From: the human T2T-CHM13v2.0 reference genome, Homo sapiens | Reading direction: 5' to 3' (one strand) | Assembly (NCBI RefSeq): GCF_009914755.1 | Contig: NC_060939.1 | DNA: 64,000 nt | Part shown: piece after piece, positions 55,089 through 64,000 of the stretch | How positions within the stretch are numbered: position 1 is the stretch's first letter | Layout: each line of letters begins with the position of its first letter | The notes under the pieces: model-generated | The model's database searches: none | What the model saw: only the letters and a program-made list of their open reading frames with translations | Told to the model about the DNA's origin: nothing | Program-made: the position numbers and the translations under genes

Positions 55089-55322
55089 GCATTCCAGAAA
55101 TTACTCCCCAGGCTCTGGAGTCTAGCCCAGGACATTCTTCTGCTCATCTCATTTCAGCCTTGCCATAGGCCTTGATCTTGAACTCCCCAGCTTTCATAAC
55201 CATGAGAAATAAATTTTGGATCCTGCGCCTGGCATCTGTTGCGTGACGCTTCCCTATCATGGCCAAGCCTAAGGTCCAGCTCCCTCAGAAGCATTTTCAT
55301 GGATTTAAGAGCATCTTTGGAA

Positions 55323-56160
55323 GGTTCTGTATGGACAGTTTTCTAATGTACAAATAACCAATAAGTACAAAAGAGGATGCCTAACATCATTAGCCATTAG
55401 GGAAATGCAAACAAAAACCACAGTAAGATACCACTTCACACCTGGTAGAATGACTATAAGCTGAAAGCCAGCTAGTAACAAATGTTAGTGATGATGTGAA
55501 AAAATCTAACTCTCATTCACTGCTGGTAGAAATATAAAGTGGTGCAGCTGCTTTGGAAAATCATCTGGCAATTCTTCAAAAGATGAAACACAAAGTTACC
55601 ATATCACCTAACAATTCCACTCCTAGGTATATAGCCAAGAGAAAAGAAAGCATGCGTCTACATAAAAATGTAGACACAAACGCTCACAGCCACATTGTTC
55701 ATAATATCCAAAAAGTGGAAACAATCCCAATGTCTTGTCAACTGATGAAGAGATAAAATGTGCCATATTCAGACAATGAAATTATTCAGTCATAACAAAG
55801 AATGAAAATACCCACACGTGCTACAACATGGATAAACCTTGAAAGCATTATGCTGGTGAAAGAAGCAAGTCACAAAAGGCCACATATTGCAAGATTCCAT
55901 TGGATAAAATATCCAGAATAGGCAAATCCATAAGGACAGAAAGTAGATTAATGGTTGTCAGGGGCTGAAGGTATTTCAAAGAAATGGGAGTGACTGCTTA
56001 ACAGGCATGGGGTTTCTTTTTGGGGTGATAGAATGTTCCAAAATTGACTGGGGTAATGGCCGTACAACTTTGTGAATACAGTAAAAAACAATGAATTGCC
56101 AATGAGTGAATTTTATGGTATGTGAATTATACTTCAAAAAAGCCGTTGTATATATTTTTT
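55323..56160 (+). mobile_element. L1MB7-like 3' end with degenerate 16-bp TSD
   Basis: cattagccattagggaaatgcaaac...atccagaataggcaaatccata...gggtttctttttggggtgatagaatg...ggtatgtgaattatacttcaaaaaagc. TSD aagagcatctttggaa (55307-55322) and aaaagtgtctttggaa (56161-56176). Confidence 0.87.
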
Positions 56161-56977
56161 AAAAGTGTCTTTGGAAAGCCTGGCAGCAGAAGAGTTTAAC
56201 AAGCCTGTTGGGGGCAGGACTCTGCAATTAGATTGATGATTAGCCAATGCCCATGCCATCCGCGGGCCCAACCCCTAGGTCAGGAAGCAGGCTGTCAGAG
56301 GAAAGCAGGCAGCAAGGCGTTTCTCTGTTGCAAGGATTTGCCATTCCTCCCAGTCAAGCTGGGAGAGGGAAACTCTTCCCCCAGCACAGGGACTCCTTCC
56401 AGGATCTCCCTTCAATGTGCCAGTCTCTGCCGACAGTTGTGTAGTCTGCCACCTAAAGCAGGCAGATGAGGGTGGAATCCATCCAAGAAAAAACTAAAAG
56501 CTTGCCTAGACAGAGTATTAGCTCAGAAACTGCTCTTTTACCTCAGTGGCTTAAGAATTTTGATTCATTTTGTAACAGTTTATCTTCGATGATGCACCAG
56601 TGCATGACTCAGTCAGGTGGCCGTCAGCACCTCTGTGCTGGGAATTTACTAAAGCCCATCTTACTTATTCCACAGACAGCCCTGGATGTTTGCCCAAACT
56701 TCCTCCTTCTTCCTGGCTCCCATATATGGGAATTTCTTATATGTTAGCCTCTGAGGGAAAGTGTGGAGATGCTGCCCTTTCACTGCCATTTATAGCTTTA
56801 GTGATCTGAGGACTCTTCTGTCTTTTGAAACTTCTATTCAAGAACAAATATTAATGATCAATTGAGACCTTAGCTAGGATTTTCAAGAATGCAAAATAGG
56901 TTTTCTTTAAAAAAAAAAACAGATAATTGATTTTTCTTCAAATTTGACCTTGCTGAGATCAGAGTGAGGGCAATAGA

Positions 56978-57273
56978 TTTTTTTTTTTCCCCCAAGATGG
57001 AGTCTTGCTCTGTCACCCAGGCTGGAGTGCAGTGGTGTGATCTGGGCTCACTGTAACCTCCGCCTCCTGGGTTCAAGCAGTTCTCCTGCCTCAGCCTCCT
57101 GAGTAGCTGGGATTACAGGCATCCGCCACCACATCTGGCTAATTTTTATATTTTTAGTAGAGACGCAGTTTCACCATGTAGGCCAGGCTGGTCTCGAACT
57201 CCTGACCTCGTGATCTGCCTGCCTCGGCCTCCCAAAGTGCTGGGATTACAGGCATGAGCCACTGCGCCCAGCT
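56978..57273 (-). mobile_element. Alu, AluSx3/Sg-like
   Basis: Antisense Alu with poly-T at the left (gacctcgtgatc). Degenerate TSD ggcaatagattttt / ggcaacacattttt. Confidence 0.93.
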
Positions 57274-57449
57274 GGCAACACATTTTTTAAGCAAGGGCTC
57301 GCCAAGTAGTAGATAGACACCACGTTAGGGTCTGGTCCTCTATATTGCGGGTCCAGAGTTTCACACAACCTGAATGCCCCCAGCCTGTGAGCACAAACAC
57401 ATTTACATTGGTGTTATTACTCAAAGACTGTAGGCTTGCTGCCTTCACT

Positions 57450-57500
57450 TATATCAGGAAGACCATGTATATCAGGAGGACCACGTATAACAGGAGGACC
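57450..57500 (+). repeat. Minisatellite, 2.8 x 18 bp
   Basis: tatatcaggaagaccatg / tatatcaggaggaccacg / tataacaggaggacc. Confidence 0.9.
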
Positions 57501-57827
57501 TTGGCCACTTGAGGAGTCTCCTCCAGGTACTTCAGAGCTCCCCACACATGTCTCAGGTGTGTTCAAGCAGGCCCTGCCCATGCTACTCCCACAGGGCCTT
57601 GGCTCATGCTGTCCCAACTCACCTGAGCAATGGGTGCATCCAGTGAGCCCTCCGGACCCCACCATCTCCACACCCTCCAAAGAATGCTGCCACTCCTTGG
57701 GAGCTTTTCCCACTGCTCAAAGCAATAGCAGAGGCCTGTATTCCATTCGGCCATTGCTCTCGATGGGTGCCCAAAAACTGGTCACAGGGCACTATGTGGT
57801 ACCAGAATAGCCCTTTCCCCCTGTTTT

Positions 57828-58413
<586 letters not shown>

Positions 58414-60019
58414 TAATCCATCTTATACTCAAGTTTAATTCGTGTTGTTAAACCTAGGGAGACACATGAGTATTAAAAGCCACATTTTCAATTTATTAAT
58501 TTATAAGGAGAAAGTACTACCAAGTTAGCATTATCTCTCTCTTTCTCTCTTTTTTTACTATCTTCTCTTTCTCTTTCCCTCTCTCCCTCTCTTTCAATAG
58601 AAAAAGGTACTTAGGTAGTCAAACTTTTAGAGTAATTATTGGTGAGTGGCCCAAGTGAAGAATGACATAATCCAAATGGCCACCATCAATAAGTTATAGC
58701 AGCCTTTATTCATACCATTTCAATTTGAGTTTTCAGATCTCCATCATTCATGATTTACAAAACAGGAGAGCAAATCTCATCCTTTAAATTTGATTGACTT
58801 TTATGAATTTCACTTGCAAAGAAATCCTAATTCTATACCTTAGATTTCCACCCTCTTAAATCATGGCCACTCCTAGGGTTGGGGTTTGGAATAGAGAACA
58901 GTTTAGAATTTATCAAATAAGTTATTTGATAATCCCTTATTAATTAGGATTAGTCTAACTTTGTAATAAGACTTTATCGGAGTTGTCATTTTTACCTATA
59001 TTCTGGTAATAGGATGTTAAAATAGAATTCTTGGTTTCAGAGCTTTTTGGATGATACGAAGGCCAATAATGACAAAAAAAAAAAAAAAGTGCCAGGTACC
59101 ACCCTCCACCTCCCTGGTCTTAGAGTGTGGTGCTAGGATACCTATGCAGAGCAAGCTGAAAGATTCTAATATCAGTTCTGTCAACATTAGCCCCTCACCC
59201 ACCTCTTAACTACATGAGAGAGGTTGAAGAGATCAGTGGAGAAGAATGTCATGGACAGCTTCTATGATGTCAAGTCTCTCCTGGAGGATGAAGAAAGGGG
59301 TTATCCCTCATCTCAAGTCAACTGAAGAGAAGCTTGAAGTGAAACAGGTGTAGATCTTGACATGCACCCCTTGGAGTTTGAGAACATAGTACCTGCATCC
59401 AATTCCAACTTGGGGGAATCTAAAAGTGAGAGGCTGGGGCTGTGGCTATTCTGGCATGGTAATAGAAGTGGCTGTCATGGGAATAGCCTGCCCTCCTATT
59501 TTGATATTCTCCATGTACCAGATGTGGATTCCAAAAAAGGGAGCCAAACTGGGTCATATTAAGAGTGAGCCCAAGAAGCTTGCCTGCATGCTGAAGTGAC
59601 CCCAATAGAGGAGGACATGGTCAGGAACCAGTAATGAAGAACAGGTTATAAGCATACTTTAGAGGAGGCATTGCTTAACTAAACGGGACTTCAGGCAAGA
59701 AAGCCCCAGTGATGAGGCAGGGTCTCTATAAAATCCACAAAAACATTCAATGAGAGTCAGCCTTGGACATTTGCCAACACAAGAGTAACCAGAAAATCCA
59801 AGGAACTTGTCCAAGGTTTTATCTGGTGAGGAAGACAAGAAAGTTGAGAGGGTAGTTGCCGTCAGCAATGAGAAATAATAGTAGTTATTATTTGGTTAGT
59901 CAACACATTGTTTACTATGTTCAAGAAAATTTACATATTAATTCATAAAATTAACTTCTGTTTGTTCCCTACCAAGCCTAACATGTTCAATAAACTAGTT
60001 ACATTTATCTTTCCTATTA

Positions 60020-60230
60020 TTTCCCTAACAAATATATATTAAGTATTACTATGTGTCACTTAATGCTTAAAATATATTGGTGAATGAGACAGATATTTTA
60101 ATGAGAGACAATATCCAAGTAGAAAAATAAGATAAAAACACCTCTTGGTAAATGTTTTAAAGCAATAAACATGATGCTGCAATATAGTAATTAGCAAAAG
60201 ACAATTTAAGCCATTGTCTAAAGAAACTTG
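60020..60230 (-). mobile_element. L2 3' end fragment
   Basis: aacaaatatatattaagtattactatgtgtc...ggtgaatgagacaga. Confidence 0.5.
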
Positions 60231-61320
60231 TGAATATCAATGTACGATTCAACTTGAATTACCTCACTGAGTTAGCCACAGTGTTTCATCACAGGAAGGG
60301 AATTATCAAACCGCTCACTCTGGGCCAAAAGATTCTGTCATCATACATATTAACATCACCTAAAAGCCCATCTTCCACCCTAGCCAGCACTGGCCAACCA
60401 CACTGGTGGAAACTGTTCTCTCATGTTGGGTTTCTGTTTTTTGCTGGGACTGAATCTAGGTGTGAACCTCAACTTTATGCTCTTATTATCAATCAGACTA
60501 CTCTGAGAACCACCAGCTTTGAATTACTTTGGATAATGAGAGGCTTGGCTAGGCATAGAAACTTAGAATTCTCAAATATCCCAAAAGTCTTTTGAGAATG
60601 TTAAGTCTCAGAATCTTGCTAAGAAGTAAGAGAGACTTAGTTAAGTTTCCCTTCTTCATATTCTTGTTGAGGAACCTCAAGGCCAAGGCTGTTGAGAAGA
60701 TTCTGGAGACCTGATGTTATCCCCTCTGTTTCCTCTCAGGCCACTGTGCCCAATGTCTCTCTGCATATTCATCCTCCTTTGAGCACTGACTGGCTTCCTC
60801 TGTTTACTCATAACTTCTCGCTCATTTTTTGGCTTGTTCTCCATGGTGGTCTTGACTATCCCAAGGAACTTCTCCTACTCTGTAGGCTTCAGTTCCCACT
60901 GTCATTCAAATATGTCATTGATGATCTAATGTACCATCGTTTTAATAAGACCTAGTAGGGGGAGAATAATACAGTCACACTAAATGCCTATGTAGCTTGT
61001 GTGACATGTTGATTTCAGGTATATAATTACCACAAGGGAAATGTGCACCTTAGAATAAAAGAAGCAGAATGATTCCTAATTTCGGCAGCAGCTGATTAGG
61101 GCCGCTCATCTTCTACACCAACCAGATCAAAAGATGCTGGCCAGCCTGGGGCTGCCAGCATCAACACTCACCCCTGGTCCAGTTAGATCTCATTGTATTC
61201 TGAGGCTGAATAGTACTAAACACGGTGGCCTGGGTTGGAACCTCCACCAGGACTGTGGCTCAGCAGCTCCCACTAAAAGATTTTAAGAACAGGTAAGACT
61301 CAATTTGCCAAATGCCATTA

Positions 61321-61652
<332 letters not shown>

Positions 61653-63767
61653 AAGAAATAAGGATGGTCAACCCCCATTGTCCTACAGTTTACTATTTTT
61701 TTCGACCTTAACAACCTTATGATCTAGAACTAGGTATTTTGCAATATGATAACCTTTTGCAATATGATGCTGATTCCAGACTATGAGATTATGATCAGAC
61801 TATTGCTGGGGAAATCACTCCCACATTTGGTCGGCTCTTGTCCCTTAGGTCATTTGTTTAGCTTACTGTCTTCAAAGCCTGAGTTAGTATGAAAAAAAAA
61901 ATGCCTGAATAATCCACACCAGCTTGATTTAAGTTTCTGGGGAATATTTAACTCTCTTTGAATTACGAAGTCGAGTAACACTGATGTTATTTTCCTAGCA
62001 TGGCCTTGGCCTAGACCTGAGGGTGTCAAAGTGGGAAAGCTTTAAGAAGAGCGTTTCCCGGCTGCCATTTGATGCGCAATTCTCATTATCCTTTAGAAAA
62101 TTCATTCCTCAGACTGCCAAGAGGCTGCTGGCAGATGTAGTTTATATTAAACAGATGGTTAGTCTGCAATTAAATGCTTATCCGTGGCTGGGCCCAGTGC
62201 ATTCTGAATCCTGCGAGAGGACATGCCAGTAGCTGATGAGGGTGGCCCACTTCCAGGATGTGGGTCAGAGAAGAGAAAGTGTTATGTGTGCTTTCACATG
62301 AGATCGTCAGAGAGGTGAATAGAATCTGACCTATAGATTGTTAACAAACCCAACGGAAAGGAGGGCTGAATTACTCAAACACTGGTGGATTGAGAAATGG
62401 GGAAGTTCTTTGCACAGCTTACCAGGAAAGATAAACACCCACGGTGTAAATTCAAGTTTATACACAGAACGCACACTTTGAAATGCAGTAATACCATGTC
62501 TACGCACACATACTAATAGGACAGAACAAATTTTTAAAAGTAAATTTAGAAGAGCAGGGGTGTGGGTTTCTTTCCACTTATAAGCAACAGACAGCTCGTA
62601 TGAACAACTAAATATTTTCTTTTTTCAGATGAAAGTTTAGGAACATTTAGAAACAGCTTCTGATTTAGAGCAATCCACATGTAGCACAGACTTACCTTTT
62701 GTTTCTATGTTAGCTAAGCCACTGTGAAGAACAGAGACCCTCTCAGTTTACATTTATAAGAAGACATGAGAAAAATCTAGGGCATGTGACTTAGCTCCAG
62801 TCCCCTGATAAATTATAGCATAATGGCTGTTCCTTCCCCAGCATCTAGAAATTAGGGTGCAAGTCTGCAGGTAGAACATATAAATATTGAATGCAAAAGC
62901 AGCTACGTTTGCACTTAAGAGTCCTGAAAGTGACATATTGCCAATTAAATATGTTCCCACATGTCTAAAATTAGAAATCAGAGATGGAAGCAGATATCAG
63001 ATCTATTCAAAGTGATACGATTAGACTTCAGAGATCCATCTACAAGTTGACTTTCAACTGGGCCAAATGAGCCTCTGTTTCCCTCTAATGGCCAGCAGGA
63101 CAACTGTGAGCAGGCCTTCATGGGCTTGCCTCCACAAGGCCGATCCCCTGGCTAGAGACTGCCTGCCTCCTGCCTGTCCATTGATCTGTAGACAGCAGCC
63201 TGGGTGACCTGGAGCAGCCCTTTTCCTGGAAAACATGCCTCATTGCCTGTCCTTCATTGCATCTCTTTCTCAATAAGTTGGACTATATTAAGCTGCCACT
63301 AAAATGTTTGCATCTAAGGAAAAGCAGAATTGATTTGGAACTAAATTTTATTATTAGTGATATTTGTTCTAACCCTTTTCCTCAGTAGAGTGAACAAAGG
63401 CCTTGGAGACAAAAACTCAGTGAAGTTTGGAATATTATCTGTTTGGAAGGGAAAGGCAACACAGAGGCTGATAGCCCCAGCTATTAGACAAGGTGCTTGA
63501 CCAGTGAAAACCAAAGAGGGGAGGATCTCCAAGCTAACTGCAGCTTGTTACTCTCTTGTTCACCTTTCTCTCCTGTTTACACCAAATCAAAATGTCAAAT
63601 TGAAGTCATGAACTGCATAGTCTGTCTGTTTCTTAAATCTTCCTCGGGAAAAGGAACCAAGTAATTTGGAAAAGACTGAAAACACACACTCGTGCTCTTC
63701 CTCACGTTCATGCTAAAGTGGAATTCATAGAGATTGCTTCCCAGTGAGGCTATGAACAAATGGGTAG

Positions 63768-63809
63768 CCTGAGTAGAGCATATGTGTTCCTGAGTAGAGC
63801 ACATGTTTC
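63768..63809 (+). repeat. Tandem duplication, 2 x 21 bp
   Basis: cctgagtagagca(t/c)atgt.. x2. Confidence 0.85.
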
Positions 63810-64000
63810 TCAGTCCAGGATTCTGGAATGGTGCTAAAAAAAAAGGAGCTAGGAGGTAAGCAACACAAGGAGGTCGAAATGCTGTGAGAAGAGCCACGCC
63901 CTGGAAATATCCCTGGAACAGAAGGACCCTAATATTGCCCAAAGTCCAGGGACTCTAAATGCAAAGCAAACTTGCCAAAGCACAGTGCCCTTTGAGGACT

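Noticed and set aside
57450-57500. Short repeats here and at 50009 and 4728 as a CRISPR-like array
   Set aside because: They are head-to-tail tandem units without unique spacers, in eukaryotic DNA.
59250-59330. Coding-looking stretch MDSFYDVKSLLEDEERGYPSSQVN*
   Set aside because: It stops after 24 codons, has no convincing splice sites and no recognisable homology.

Overview
Primate (very likely human) non-coding genomic DNA: AT-rich, CpG-depleted, with no CpG island and no recognisable host protein-coding exon. Much of the window is interspersed repeat. There are two young L1PA2-type insertions with target-site duplications (TSDs): a 1.95-kb minus-strand copy with a frameshifted ORF2 C-terminus and a ~105-bp stub. 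Older L1s include L1PB1, L1PB2, L1MB7, L1MC and L1M/ME fragments. There are seven dimeric Alus, one FLAM and several MIR and L2 relics. LTR elements are a solo LTR22/HML-5 with a 6-bp TSD, LTR16, MER21, MLT1A/B/J, MLT2, an ERV1-class LTR and an MLT1J-type LTR-internal-LTR remnant. DNA transposon MITEs are MER1A, MER3, MER5, MER20, MER33, MER113 and a Tigger3 derivative. The only meaningful ORFs are L1 ORF2 remnants; the rest of the ORF track is Alu-, L1- or chance-derived. I found no convincing new biological system. The best leads are a 120/161-bp dispersed duplication bracketing a motif-rich unique segment with a strong non-coding exon candidate (44.1-46.0 kb), a candidate recursive splice site (18.3 kb), further + strand exon candidates, and self-templated palindrome scars. 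Repeat subfamily names come from recalled consensus sequences and need RepeatMasker/Dfam confirmation.
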